Below are positions 8,510 through 18,948 of a stretch of 38,944 bases of DNA, one piece after another. Where the stretch lies: contig DATFDC010000489.1 of the NCBI GenBank assembly GCA_035252415.1, positions 1 to 38,944 on the forward strand. The letters are read 5' to 3'. Position 1 is the first letter of the stretch. Each line of letters starts with the position of its first letter. The position numbers and the translations under genes were made by a program. The notes beneath the pieces are model-generated. The model searched no databases. It had not been told where the DNA came from and saw nothing but the letters and a program-made list of their open reading frames with translations. This DNA is from Solirubrobacteraceae bacterium. Its GTDB lineage: Bacteria > Actinomycetota > Thermoleophilia > Solirubrobacterales > Solirubrobacteraceae.

Positions 8510-10171
8510 TTACGGATGTGATGCTCGGGGCAGACGCGCCCGCACAGTCGTCCCGGTCTTACCGGACTGCACCTCGAGGCTTCCTCCCGCCAGGTACACG
8601 CGCTCGCGCATCCCCGAGAGGCCGAACCCGGTCGTCTTCGCGTCGACGTCGAATCCCTCCCCGTCGTCCTGGACCTCGAGCCTCACCTCCCCGCCCACCA
8701 CCTGGGCGGCCACGCGCACAGACTCGGCCTGGGCGTGCTTGACGATGTTGGTGAGCGCCTCCTGCAGGACGCGGTAGATCGTCGTCTCGAGCTCGGGGTC
8801 GAGCCCGTCGAGATCATCGAGCGCGACCTCGCTGAGGATCTGAAGCCCCGCCGCTCGCCGGCGGTCGAGCAGCGCGTCGATCGCCGGGCGCAGCCCGAGG
8901 TCGTCGAGCAGCGATGGGCGCAGGTCGGTGATGATCGCCCGTAGGTTCTCGATCTCCAGCTCGATGTCCTCGATCGCCTGGCGGACCGCCGGCTCATCGG
9001 CGAGCGCCTGATTGCGACGTTGCGCCGCGGCGAGCAGCACCCGCAGACCGCCGAGCGCCTGGAGGGTTTGGTCGTGGAGCTCACGCGCCCACCGTCCACG
9101 CTCGGCATCCGCCGCTGTGATCGCGCTGCGCAGCCGGTCCGCCTCGACGCTGCGGCGGATCGTCACGGCATTGGCGGCCGAGGAGGCGAACGTGCGCAGC
9201 AACTGCTCATCCTCGACGCTGAACGCTTCCCCTTCCTGGCCGTGATCGAACGCGGCCAGCACTCCGATGGCCGCCCCGCGGTGGAGCATGGGAACGAGCA
9301 GCGCCGTGTGCGCATCGGGCACGCCCAGCCGGTCGGCCGAGATCCGCAGGTATGTCGAGACGTCGGAGATCCTCTCGGGGCGCCCGCGCTTGAGCACACC
9401 ACCCGAGGTCGAGTCGGAGATCGGCAGCCGGTGACCGAGTCCGCCCTCGACGTGACCCGCGCTGGCGGCGATCACGAGGTCCTCGCCCTCCCGGAGCATG
9501 ATCAGCACCGCGCGGGCGTCGACCAGCGCGCGTCCGCGCTTGACGATCAGCTCGAGCACCCGGTCGAGCTCCCCGACTCCGGCGATCGCATCGGTTATGT
9601 CCCGGGCAGCCTGAAGGCCGAGGACCGCCCGCTCGGCTTCCTCGCGGCGGCGCTCGCTCGACTCATACAGGCGGGCGTTCTCGATCGCGGTCGCGGTCCA
9701 CTGCGCCAGCACGACCGCGGCCTCCTCGTCGGCGTCGGTGAACTCGCCGCCCCCTTCTTTCTCGGTCAGATACAGGTTGCCCCACGCCTGACCGCGAATC
9801 AGGATCGGCACGCCCAGAAACGTCTTCATCACCGGGTGGTCCGGCGGGAACCCGTAGCTCTGCGGATGGCGCCCGACGTCGGCCAGGCGGAGCGGCCGAG
9901 GATCCTCGATCAACACCCCGAGCACCCCGCGCCCATGGGGGAGGTCTCCGATCGCCCGGTAGGTCGCGTCGTCGATCCCCGAGGTCAGGAATCGCTCGAG
10001 CTCGCCGCGCTGCTCGTCGAGCACGCCCACCGCGGCATAGCGGGCGCCGGTGCTCGCCCGGGCTTCGTCGAGGATCCGCGCGAGCACGGCGTCGGTGTCG
10101 AACTCCGACAGGAGCGTCCGGCCCACGTCGAGCAGGCGGCGAAGCTTGGCCTCTTCCGGTGGCGCGGTCAC
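8510..10171 (-). CDS. DosS/DevS-like GAF-GAF sensor histidine kinase (HisKA_3)
   Basis: GAF-A with SYGFPPDHPVMKTFLGVPI (His at the DosS heme-ligand position), GNLYLTEK, second GAF, ARELHD H-box, QEALTNIVKH, DDGEGF; GTG start inferred. Confidence 0.9.
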   Translation of the reverse strand: MTAPPEEAKLRRLLDVGRTLLSEFDTDAVLARILDEARASTGARYAAVGVLDEQRGELERFLTSGIDDATYRAIGDLPHGRGVLGVLIEDPRPLRLADVGRHPQSYGFPPDHPVMKTFLGVPILIRGQAWGNLYLTEKEGGGEFTDADEEAAVVLAQWTATAIENARLYESSERRREEAERAVLGLQAARDITDAIAGVGELDRVLELIVKRGRALVDARAVLIMLREGEDLVIAASAGHVEGGLGHRLPISDSTSGGVLKRGRPERISDVSTYLRISADRLGVPDAHTALLVPMLHRGAAIGVLAAFDHGQEGEAFSVEDEQLLRTFASSAANAVTIRRSVEADRLRSAITAADAERGRWARELHDQTLQALGGLRVLLAAAQRRNQALADEPAVRQAIEDIELEIENLRAIITDLRPSLLDDLGLRPAIDALLDRRRAAGLQILSEVALDDLDGLDPELETTIYRVLQEALTNIVKHAQAESVRVAAQVVGGEVRLEVQDDGEGFDVDAKTTGFGLSGMRERVYLAGGSLEVQSGKTGTTVRARLPRASHP

Positions 10172-10265
10172 GGGTCCGGGCCACAAGTTACCCGGCAAGA
10201 CCGCGGCGCTGGTTCGGGTTTCACCGGATGAGTGCCGATGGCTACCGCTGCTAAACCTCAGGCTC

Positions 10266-13004
10266 GTGATCGATCGTCGCACGTCACCGCGCACGGCCTA
10301 TCCGTGGGAACGAGAAGCCGACGTCGTCCTGCGCGACGGGGCAACCGTGCACGTGCGGCCCGTCCGAGCCGACGACGGTCCGGCGATCCACGAGTTCCTA
10401 AAGGGACTTTCCACGGAGTCGATCGGCTATCGGTTCTTCGGCGCGGTGAACCTGAACTGGGCAACTTCGTGGTCGGTGGACGTCGACTATTCGGACCGCT
10501 TCGGGCTGGTGGCCGAAGGCGGGAGCCCTGACTCCATAGTGGCCCACGCCGCGTACGTGCGACTCGATGCGGCCCGCGCCGAGGTCGCCTTCCTGGTCGC
10601 CGACGCATGGCAGGGCCGGGGCATCTCCACGATCCTGCTCGCCCACCTGACCGAAGTGGCCGAGCAGCACGAAATCTCGACGTTCGTCGCGGAGGTGCTG
10701 CCGCACAACCACCGGATGATCGACGTCTTTCGCCGGAGCGGGTTCCCCGTCGAGCTCCATTCGACCCCCGACGCCCTCGAGATCGAGCTGCCCACCTCAC
10801 TGTCGCCGGGCGCCATCGCTCGGTTCGAGGAGCGCGAAAGGATCGGGGCGGTGGCCGCCGTGCGGAGCTTCCTCGAGCCGAGCTCCGTGGCGGTGATCGG
10901 AGCGTCTCGGCGGAGAGGGACGATCGGCGGCGAGATCCTGCACAACCTGCTCAGCGCCGAGTTCACCGGACCTGTCTACGCAGTCAACGACAAGGCCGAC
11001 CGAGTGCAGTCGTTTCCGGCCTACCGGTCGGTCGGCGAGATTGCCGATCGGGTCGAGCTGGCGGTGGTCGCCGTCCCCGCCGAGCACGTCGTCGCGGCCG
11101 CCCGCGAGTGTGCCGCCGCCGGCGTCCGGGCTCTGCTCGTGGTCTCGTCCGGCTTCGCTGAGATCGGGGCCAAGGGCGCGTCTCGCCAGCGTGAGCTGGT
11201 CGAGGTGTGTCGCCGCGGCGGGGTGCGGATCGTCGGGCCGAACTGCCTGGGGGCGCTCAACACCTCGCCGGACGTCCGCCTGAACGCGATCTTCGCCCCG
11301 CCGGTTGCGGTGCCGGGAGGGGTTGGCTTCATGTCTCAGAGCGGCGGACTCGGGATCGCGATCATCGACGCCGCGACCCGTCTGGGTATCGGGCTGTCGT
11401 CGTTCGTCTCGGTCGGCAACAAGGCAGATCTGTCCGGCAACGACTTTCTCCAGTACTGGGAGCAGGACGACCGCACCGAGTTGGTCCTGCTCTATCTCGA
11501 GTCGTTCGGCAACCCGCGCAAGTTCGCTCGCGTGGCACGCCGAGTCGCCTCGGCGAAGCCGGTGCTGGCCGTCAAGAGCGGGCGCTCGGCCGCCGGAGCG
11601 CGCGCCACGTCCTCGCACACCGGCGCGATGCTGTCGGCCTCCGACGTGACCGTCGACGCGCTGTTCGAGCAGGCGGGCGTGATCCGGACCGACACGATGT
11701 CGCAGCTGTTCGACGTGGCCGCGTTCTTGTCGGCTCAGCCGATCCCGCGCGGCGGTCGCGTCGCGATCGTGACCAACGGCGGCGGTCCCGGGATCCTGTG
11801 CGCGGACGCCTGCCAGACGTTCGGCGGCGAGATTGCCGAGCTGCCCGCCGACGTTCAGGCCGACCTACGCGAGTTCCTGCCCGACGGTGCCGCGGTCGGC
11901 AACCCGGTCGACATGGTCGCCACCGCGTCTGCGGCCGACTACCGGCGCACCCTGCAGACGCTGATCGAAGCCGACGCGTGCGACGCGCTCATCACGATCT
12001 TCGTCACCGCCCTGGGAACCAGTGCGGCCGAGGTGGCGACCGCCGTCCGCGAGGTGGCGGAACGCAATCCGGCCGTGGCGATGGCAGCTGTGTTCATGGA
12101 CAGCGGAGGCATCCCAGCCGAGCTGAGCTCGCCGCGGGTGCGCGTGCCCGGGTACGCGTTCCCCGAGCCTGCGGCGCAAGCCGTGGCACTGGCCGTGCGC
12201 CACGCGCGATGGCGCACCCGCGACCGGGGGTCGGTGCCCAGCATCGAAGGTCTCCGCTCGGTCGAGGCAGCCGCGATGATCAGCCGGGAGCTGGCTCGAG
12301 GCGAAGGCTGGCTCTCGCCCACGTGCGTGGCCCACCTGTTCGACTGCTTCGGTCTGCCGCTGATCTCGACGACCGTCGTGCCCGACGGCCAGACAGCGGC
12401 GGCGGTTGCCGAGAAGCTCGGGGTGCCGGTCGCGCTCAAGGCCGTCGCGCGCGGGCTGTTGCACAAGTCCGATGCCGGAGGCGTGCGTCTCGGGCTGGCA
12501 AGCCCTGCAGCGGTGGGCGCGGCGGCGGAGGAGATCGAGCGCGCAGTCGCCGCGGCCGGGCACGAGCTCGAAGGCCTGGTCGTCCAGCCGATGGCGCCCG
12601 AGGGAGTGGAGATGCTCCTCGGCGTAGTCAACGACCACAGCTTCGGGCCGGTGATCGCGTGTGGCGCGGGAGGTGTCAGCGCCGAGTTGATCAAAGACGT
12701 CTCGGTTCGCATCACGCCGCTGACCGACGTCGACGCGCGTGACATGGTCCGAACGCTGAGGACGTTTCCGCTGCTGGACGGCTACCGTGGCGCGCCCCGC
12801 CGTGACGTGGCGGCGATCGAAGATGTCCTGCTGCGGCTGAGCGCGATGGTCGAGAGCCATGCCGAAATCGTCGAGCTCGACTGCAACCCCTTGATCGCCG
12901 GGACCGACGGCGCGCTCATAGTCGACGCCCGCGTCCGCGTGGAGACGGCCGCCCCACCGCGGCCGATGGCGTCGATCGCACCACTGGCTCCGCCGGCCCG
13001 ATGA
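10266..13004 (+). CDS. GNAT / ADP-forming acyl-CoA ligase fusion (Pat-type protein lysine acetyltransferase)
   Basis: N-terminal GNAT (WQGRGI), CoA-binding domain (PSSVAVIGAS, GPNCLG), SQSGG, SHTGA, C-terminal ATP-grasp (HKSDAGGV, ELDCNP); start inferred. Confidence 0.9.
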   Translation: MIDRRTSPRTAYPWEREADVVLRDGATVHVRPVRADDGPAIHEFLKGLSTESIGYRFFGAVNLNWATSWSVDVDYSDRFGLVAEGGSPDSIVAHAAYVRLDAARAEVAFLVADAWQGRGISTILLAHLTEVAEQHEISTFVAEVLPHNHRMIDVFRRSGFPVELHSTPDALEIELPTSLSPGAIARFEERERIGAVAAVRSFLEPSSVAVIGASRRRGTIGGEILHNLLSAEFTGPVYAVNDKADRVQSFPAYRSVGEIADRVELAVVAVPAEHVVAAARECAAAGVRALLVVSSGFAEIGAKGASRQRELVEVCRRGGVRIVGPNCLGALNTSPDVRLNAIFAPPVAVPGGVGFMSQSGGLGIAIIDAATRLGIGLSSFVSVGNKADLSGNDFLQYWEQDDRTELVLLYLESFGNPRKFARVARRVASAKPVLAVKSGRSAAGARATSSHTGAMLSASDVTVDALFEQAGVIRTDTMSQLFDVAAFLSAQPIPRGGRVAIVTNGGGPGILCADACQTFGGEIAELPADVQADLREFLPDGAAVGNPVDMVATASAADYRRTLQTLIEADACDALITIFVTALGTSAAEVATAVREVAERNPAVAMAAVFMDSGGIPAELSSPRVRVPGYAFPEPAAQAVALAVRHARWRTRDRGSVPSIEGLRSVEAAAMISRELARGEGWLSPTCVAHLFDCFGLPLISTTVVPDGQTAAAVAEKLGVPVALKAVARGLLHKSDAGGVRLGLASPAAVGAAAEEIERAVAAAGHELEGLVVQPMAPEGVEMLLGVVNDHSFGPVIACGAGGVSAELIKDVSVRITPLTDVDARDMVRTLRTFPLLDGYRGAPRRDVAAIEDVLLRLSAMVESHAEIVELDCNPLIAGTDGALIVDARVRVETAAPPRPMASIAPLAPPAR

Positions 13005-13636
13005 GGGCGGGTCGACTGGCACTCGGGCTCGGCGCCGGAGGTGCCGCGCTCTACCGCGCGCTGGTCCGCCGACGCGTCCTGACCTGGGGCGCGACGCCGA
13101 CCGAAGCCAATGAGCGGTTGCCCGGAGATGAGCTGCTTGAGGACGCGCACGGCCTGGCCACTCGCGCAATCGAGATCGACGCGCCCGCCTCCGCGGTGTG
13201 GCCGTGGATCGCCCAGATGGGTCCTGCCCCGCGCGGCGGCGCGTACACGTACGACTGGATCGAGAACCTGCTCGGGCTGAACATGCACAGCGTCGACCGC
13301 GTGCTCCCCGAGTTCCAGCATCCGCAGATCGGAGACACCATCGCCCTGGGCAAGAACCGGATGCGCATGGAACGGGTCGAGCCAGAGCACGTGCTCGCAT
13401 GGCGATCGGAGGATGGCAATTGGGTGTGGACGTTCGTGCTCAGACCGAGCGGCGCTACCACGAGGCTGATCAGCCGCAATCGCTACCGATTGCCTCGCCT
13501 GGTCGACCGCCTCGGGATGCTGGCGATGGAGCCGGCGTCGCTGCTGATGGAGCGCCAGATGCTCCTCGGCATCAAGCAGCGCGCAGAACGGCTCGCGCCT
13601 GCCGCGCGATCTCCAGGTCCTCGCGGGCCTGGATGA
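13001..13636 (+). CDS. SRPBCC-like conserved actinobacterial protein
   Basis: WGATPTE..LPGD, VWPWIAQMG, GAYTYDWIENL, MERQMLLGIKQRAE; ATGA overlap with upstream gene. Confidence 0.8.
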   Translation: MRAGRLALGLGAGGAALYRALVRRRVLTWGATPTEANERLPGDELLEDAHGLATRAIEIDAPASAVWPWIAQMGPAPRGGAYTYDWIENLLGLNMHSVDRVLPEFQHPQIGDTIALGKNRMRMERVEPEHVLAWRSEDGNWVWTFVLRPSGATTRLISRNRYRLPRLVDRLGMLAMEPASLLMERQMLLGIKQRAERLAPAARSPGPRGPG

Positions 13637-14675
13637 CCAGCACTCGCGCTGGCGTACCGGCGCCCGTGATTTCCCGATCGTCCTCCGCGTCGACCGCGTT
13701 CAGCTGATCGTCGACCGCCACACCGAGGAACTCCAGCCCGACCGCCGCGCGCGAGCGGATATCCGGCGAATGCTCACCGACCCCGCCGGTGAACACCAGC
13801 ACGTCGAGGCCGTTCAGCGCGGCCGCCATGCTGGCGATCCCGGCGCGCAGCCGGTGGAGGTACACGTCGAGCGCGAGCTGCGCAGAATCATCGCCGTCGC
13901 CGGCCCGAGCGATGATCTCGCGCATGTCCGGGCTCCCCGCGAGTCCGAGCAACCCCGATTCGTGTTCGAGCGCGCGCGCCAGCTCGCGCTCGGCCATCCC
14001 GGTCTGTTCCATCAGCCACAGGAGCAGTCCGGGGTCCACGCTGCCCGAGCGAGTGGCCATGACCAGGCCTTCGAGCGGCGTGAAGCCCATCGTGGTGTCG
14101 AGGCTGTCTCCGCCGCGGATCGCGCACAGGGAGGCGCCGGCCCCCAGGTGACAGCTCACGATCCGTAGATCGGGACGCTCTCCGCCGAGCACCTCGGGTG
14201 CACGCCGCGCCACCCAGGCGTGCGAGAGCCCGTGGAAGCCGTAGCGGCGAAGGCGCCAGCGCTCGCGCCACGCGGCCGGAAGCGCGTAGGTCTGGGCGGG
14301 AGGTGGGAGCGTGGCGTGGAATGCGGTGTCGAAGCACGCCACCGCGGGAACGCCGGGAAGGACCGACGTCACCGCATCGAGTGCCGACAGTGACTTGGGC
14401 TGGTGAAGCGGGGCCAGCGCCACCAGCTCGTGCAGGGCGGACTCCACTCCCGAATCGATCAGGATCGGCCGGCGGAAGCGGTCCCCGCCGTGCACGATCC
14501 GGTGTCCGACCACGTCGACCTCGCCGAGGCCGTCGGCGATCGCCTCACGCAGTTCGGTCGCGTCGATGGCTGCCCGCGGCGCGTCCAGCTCGCGCGCCGC
14601 CACGCTGGCGTCATCCGCGTCGATCACGCTCAGCTTGACGCTGCTCGAGCCGGCGTTGACGACGAGGACGCGCAC
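13572..14675 (-). CDS. ackA: Acetate/propionate kinase
   Basis: VLVVNAGSSSVK, GHRIVHGG, LAPLHQP, FDTAFH, RYGFHGLSH, TTMGFTPLEG, FTGGVGE. Confidence 0.95.
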   Translation of the reverse strand: MRVLVVNAGSSSVKLSVIDADDASVAARELDAPRAAIDATELREAIADGLGEVDVVGHRIVHGGDRFRRPILIDSGVESALHELVALAPLHQPKSLSALDAVTSVLPGVPAVACFDTAFHATLPPPAQTYALPAAWRERWRLRRYGFHGLSHAWVARRAPEVLGGERPDLRIVSCHLGAGASLCAIRGGDSLDTTMGFTPLEGLVMATRSGSVDPGLLLWLMEQTGMAERELARALEHESGLLGLAGSPDMREIIARAGDGDDSAQLALDVYLHRLRAGIASMAAALNGLDVLVFTGGVGEHSPDIRSRAAVGLEFLGVAVDDQLNAVDAEDDREITGAGTPARVLVIQAREDLEIARQARAVLRAA

Positions 14676-14697
14676 GGCGAACGGTCCCGGCGTCCGC

Positions 14698-17088
14698 CTA
14701 CGCCCGCTTGGCCGGCCAGGTCCAATCCCGCACGTCTGGCGAGTCCTCGCCGACCTCGCGCGTGTAGGCGCGGTGTCGCAGCCGCTCGTCGACCATCTCC
14801 TGGCGCAGATGGGCCGCGCGCTCGCCAAGGCCGGGCACCCGATCGATCACGTCCATGACCAGGTGAAAGCGGTCGAGGTCGTTGAGCATCACCATGTCGA
14901 ACGGAGTAGTCGTGGTGCCCTCCTCGATGTAACCGCGCACGTGGAGATTGTGGTGGTTGGCCCGCCGGTAGGTGAGCCGGTGGATCAGCCACGGGTAGCC
15001 GTGGTAGGCGAAGATCACCGGACGGCCGGCTGTGAACAGGGCGTCGAACTCGCTGTCCGGCATCCCGTGTGGATGCTCCGATTCGGGCTGCAGGCGCATC
15101 AGGTCGACGACGTTGACCACCCGGACGCGGAGATCCGGCAGCCGCTCGCGCAGCATCGCCGCTGCCGACACCGTCTCCAGAGTCGGGATGTCGCCGGCGC
15201 AGGCAAGCACCACATCGGGCTCGAGCCCGGCGTCGGTCGACGCCCACTCCCAGATGCCGATCCCCCGCGTGCAGTGTGCGACGGCCTCGTCCATCGTCAG
15301 GTAATTCAGCGCCGGCTGCTTGCCGGCCACGATCACGTTGACGTAGTGACGGCTACGCAGGCAGTGGTCGGCCACCGACAACAGGCAGTTCGCGTCGGGC
15401 GGCAGGTAGACGCGAATGATGTCGGCCGACTTGTTCACGACGTGGTCGATGAAACCGGGGTCCTGGTGGGAGAACCCGTTGTGGTCCTGGCGCCAGACGT
15501 GGCTGGACAGCAGGTAATTCAACGACGCGATCGGCCGGCGCCACGGAATGTGACGAGTCACCTTCAGCCACTTCGCGTGCTGGTTGAACATCGAGTCGAC
15601 GATGTGGATGAATGCCTCGTAGCAGTTGAACAGACCGTGGCGGCCGGTCAGCAGATAGCCCTCGAGCCAGCCCTGGCACAGGTGCTCCGACAGCACCTCC
15701 ATCACCCGCCCATCGGGCGAGAGGTGATCGTCGGTGGGCAGCAGCTCCGCCTCCCAGACACGGTCGGTGGCCTCGAACACCGCCGAGAGCCGGTTGGACG
15801 CCGTCTCGTCCGGGCCCATGATCCGGAACCGGTCGGCGTTGGCCCGCATCACGTCACGCAGCCAGCCGCCCAGCACCCGCGTCGCCTCGCTGCTCGTGGC
15901 GGCCGGTGCGGTCACCTCGACCGCGTAGTCACGGAAGTCCGGCAGCTCGAGCGCGCGCAAGAGCAGCCCGCCGTTGGCATGCGGGTTTGCGCTCATGCGC
16001 AGTTCGCCTTCGGGCGCGAGCGCCCCGATCTCGGGACGGAGCGCTCCCGATTCGTCGAACAGCTCCTCGGGCCGATACGAGCGCAGCCACTCTTCCAGCT
16101 GGGCCAGATGGGCGGGATTCGTTCGCGTCGCGGCCAGTGGGACCTGATGCGAGCGGAACGATCCCTCGGTGGGCAGGCCGTCGACCTCCTTGGGCCCGGT
16201 CCAGCCCTTCGGGCTGCGCAGCACGATCATCGGCCATCGCGGCCGGGACGGACGCGGGCCCTCGCCGCGTGCCCGTCGCTGGATCTCGGCGATCTCGTCG
16301 AGCACCTCGTCGAGCGTCGCGGCCATCAGCTGGTGCATCTCCTCCGGCTCCGAGCCCTCCACGAACCGCGGCGCGTAGCCGTAGCCCTCGAGCAGCGCCT
16401 GCAGCTCGGCCGTCTCGATCCTGGCCAGCACCGTCGGGTTGGCGATTTTGTAGCCGTTCAGGTGAAGGACCGGCAGCACCGCACCGTCGCGGGCCGGGTT
16501 GAGGAATTTGTTCGAGTGCCAGCTGGCCGCCAGCGGCCCAGTCTCAGCCTCTCCGTCCCCGACCACGCACAGCGCGAGCAGGTCGGGGGTGTCAAACACT
16601 GCCCCGTACGCGTGTAGGAGCGAGTAGCCGAGCTCGCCTCCCTCGTGAATCGATCCGGGCGTCTCGGGCGCGACGTGGCTCGGGATCCCACCTGGAAACG
16701 AGAACTGCCGAAACAGCCGCCGCAGTCCCTCTTCGCTACGACCGATGTGGGGATAGACCTCGCTGTAGGTGCCGTCGAGGTAGGCACTGGCCACTAACCC
16801 GGGGCCGCCGTGGCCCGGCCCGGTCACGTAGATCGCATTCACGCCGCGGGCCTTGATCGCGCGGTTCATGTGCGCGTAGATGAAGTTCAAGCCCGGGGTC
16901 GTCCCCCAGTGCCCGAGCAGGCGGGGCTTGACGTGCTCGGGCACCAGCGGCTCGCGCAGGAGCGGATTGTCGAGCAGATAGATCTGGCCCACCGAGAGGT
17001 AGTTCGCCGCGCGCCACCAGGCGTGGATCCCCGCCAGCTCCTCCGCACTCAGCGGACCTTGGCGTGGAGAGGGTGCGGTCGCGGTCAT
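14698..17088 (-). CDS. xfp: Xylulose-5-P/fructose-6-P phosphoketolase
   Basis: [51 protein letters not shown]. Confidence 0.97.
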   Translation of the reverse strand: MTATAPSPRQGPLSAEELAGIHAWWRAANYLSVGQIYLLDNPLLREPLVPEHVKPRLLGHWGTTPGLNFIYAHMNRAIKARGVNAIYVTGPGHGGPGLVASAYLDGTYSEVYPHIGRSEEGLRRLFRQFSFPGGIPSHVAPETPGSIHEGGELGYSLLHAYGAVFDTPDLLALCVVGDGEAETGPLAASWHSNKFLNPARDGAVLPVLHLNGYKIANPTVLARIETAELQALLEGYGYAPRFVEGSEPEEMHQLMAATLDEVLDEIAEIQRRARGEGPRPSRPRWPMIVLRSPKGWTGPKEVDGLPTEGSFRSHQVPLAATRTNPAHLAQLEEWLRSYRPEELFDESGALRPEIGALAPEGELRMSANPHANGGLLLRALELPDFRDYAVEVTAPAATSSEATRVLGGWLRDVMRANADRFRIMGPDETASNRLSAVFEATDRVWEAELLPTDDHLSPDGRVMEVLSEHLCQGWLEGYLLTGRHGLFNCYEAFIHIVDSMFNQHAKWLKVTRHIPWRRPIASLNYLLSSHVWRQDHNGFSHQDPGFIDHVVNKSADIIRVYLPPDANCLLSVADHCLRSRHYVNVIVAGKQPALNYLTMDEAVAHCTRGIGIWEWASTDAGLEPDVVLACAGDIPTLETVSAAAMLRERLPDLRVRVVNVVDLMRLQPESEHPHGMPDSEFDALFTAGRPVIFAYHGYPWLIHRLTYRRANHHNLHVRGYIEEGTTTTPFDMVMLNDLDRFHLVMDVIDRVPGLGERAAHLRQEMVDERLRHRAYTREVGEDSPDVRDWTWPAKRA

Positions 17089-17091
17089 GGG

Positions 17092-17745
17092 TCAGATTTC
17101 GACGAGCTTGTGCTCGAGCGCGTAGCGGACGAGATCCGACCGTGTGCCCAGGCTCAGCTTCTGCTGGATGTGGGCACGGTGGGTCTCGACCGTGCGCACC
17201 GAGAGGTGCAGCTGCCCGCCGATCTCGGCGTTGGTGAATCCGAGCGCGATCAGACGGAGCACGTCGACCTCCCGTTCGGACAGGCCGTCGGGCGGGCCGG
17301 GTGGCGGCTCCGCGGCGACGCGAGCGCCGAGGCGAGGGTTCAGGTAGGTGTCCCCGACCGCGGCTCGCTTGATCGCCTCGACCAACTCCTCCTCCGCGGC
17401 CTCCTTGAGCACGTACCCGAGCGCTCCCGCGCTCAGCGCCTGGCGGGCGTAAGCCGGCTCGTTCTGCATGGTCAGCACGACGATTTGCGTGTCCGGGAAC
17501 TCGGTGCGGATGCCCGGGATGTGATCGAGGCTCGAGCCCCCGGGCATGTTCAGGTCGAGTACGAGCACGTCGGCATGATGTCCACGCACGTAGCGCCGCG
17601 CGTCGTCGAGATTGGCCGCCTCGGCCACGACCTCGAATCCGGTCTCGGCCTCGAGCACCTGCCGCAGCCCGCGGCGGACCACGGCGTGATCGTCGGCGAT
17701 GACGATCCGGATCGTGGTGTCCTGCACCGGTGCCACCGCAGTCAC
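17092..17745 (-). CDS. NarL/LuxR-family response regulator
   Basis: REC domain (ADDH, LDLNMP, LK) plus LuxR HTH (LSEREVDVLRLIALGFTNAEIG); GTGA overlap with upstream flavoprotein gene. Confidence 0.95.
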   Translation of the reverse strand: MTAVAPVQDTTIRIVIADDHAVVRRGLRQVLEAETGFEVVAEAANLDDARRYVRGHHADVLVLDLNMPGGSSLDHIPGIRTEFPDTQIVVLTMQNEPAYARQALSAGALGYVLKEAAEEELVEAIKRAAVGDTYLNPRLGARVAAEPPPGPPDGLSEREVDVLRLIALGFTNAEIGGQLHLSVRTVETHRAHIQQKLSLGTRSDLVRYALEHKLVEI

Positions 17746-18881
17746 ACTACCGTGGCCGGATCGCGGGACTCAAGATACGGCGCCAGGTACTTGGCGGCGA
17801 TCTTGGTCGGCGGCGACCAGGTCGGCGTGTCACTGATCTCGGAGCTGGTGCCGTGGCCCCCGGTGACGTGTGCGCTCAGATACAGAGGCTTGTCGGCGGC
17901 AAGCAGAACCGAGTGGATCTCGGGATGGAAGCGCTTTGGCTCGACCTCGGCGCCGGCCAGCGCGGCGATCGCCTCGGCCGCGGTGTCGGCCTGCTGCGCG
18001 GCGATGCCGCCGTGCTTGATCGGGAAGTCGGTGGCGTCGCCGGCCGCCCAGACCCGCTCCAGATGCGGAACCGCGCAATGTGCGTCGACCGGGATGAAGC
18101 CACCGCTCGCGCCAAGCGGGACTCCCGGCACAGAGGGACCGAACAGTTGCGGCAAGGCGACGATCCGATCGGCGTGCAGGCTCCGGTTCCCCGGATGGAT
18201 CGCCACGTGCCCCGGCTCGGGGACCTCGCTGCGGGCCGACAGGATCGTCTCGATCCCGCGGCTGGGCAGCAGCCGGCCCATGGCTTCGCTGACCTTGGTG
18301 CCGAACACCGCCAGCGGTGCGTCCTCGGGGGTCACAATCGTGATCGCCAGTTCGATCTCCATGTCATACGCGCGCCGCGCGGTCATCAGCGCGAGCTCGT
18401 AGATCGGAAGTGGCCATGGCATCGGCGAAGGCGCCACGAACGCGAGCGAGCGGACGTAGCCACCCTCGACGTCCTGGATGAGCCCGTGCAGTTGCTCGTC
18501 GAGTTGCCGGTCGTCGATGGTCAACCCGTGGCTGAACGCGGGACGCATGCGCGCCCCCAGGGCGAGCAGCAGCGCGTCGTACTCCAGGGCGGCTCCTTGC
18601 TCGGTGTGAACGGTCGAGCGGTCGGAATCGAGCCGCCGGAAGGCGTCCTGCACGAAACCGGCGCCGATGTCCCCGGCGATGGCCGCAAGCGGGTAGGACT
18701 TCGCCATGCTGTAGCCGAAGGGTTCGCGCACCCGCATCGGACGGTAGGTGAACTCCGGCTCGGGGGCGAGGAGGGTGATGCTGACGCGGTCGCCGGCCAG
18801 GTCCCGCAGGGCCAGAGCGGCCTCGAGCGCGGCCACGCCGCCGCCGGCGATCAGGGTTCGAAATGTTGAGTGTGAGTCCAT
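17742..18881 (-). CDS. SQR-fold NAD(P)/FAD-dependent oxidoreductase, paralog 2
   Basis: LIAGGGVAA, WPLPIYELAL, VWAAGD...FPIKHGGIAAQQAD, WSPPTKIAAKYLAPYL; TAGGTT -10 before ATG 18881. Confidence 0.85.
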   Translation of the reverse strand: MDSHSTFRTLIAGGGVAALEAALALRDLAGDRVSITLLAPEPEFTYRPMRVREPFGYSMAKSYPLAAIAGDIGAGFVQDAFRRLDSDRSTVHTEQGAALEYDALLLALGARMRPAFSHGLTIDDRQLDEQLHGLIQDVEGGYVRSLAFVAPSPMPWPLPIYELALMTARRAYDMEIELAITIVTPEDAPLAVFGTKVSEAMGRLLPSRGIETILSARSEVPEPGHVAIHPGNRSLHADRIVALPQLFGPSVPGVPLGASGGFIPVDAHCAVPHLERVWAAGDATDFPIKHGGIAAQQADTAAEAIAALAGAEVEPKRFHPEIHSVLLAADKPLYLSAHVTGGHGTSSEISDTPTWSPPTKIAAKYLAPYLESRDPATVV

Positions 18882-18948
18882 GGCCCACAACCTAAGCGGC
18901 TCTCACGCTTGTCACAGCCGGGACCGCCCGACGCGCGACTGCACAGAA

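Noticed and set aside
14566-18402. Long plus-strand ORFs 14566..16617 (683 aa) and 16810..18402 (530 aa), and similar ones such as 9020..10231, 11207..12742 and 11865..13400
   Set aside because: Antisense or alternate-frame shadows of well-supported genes, expected in high-GC DNA; no motifs
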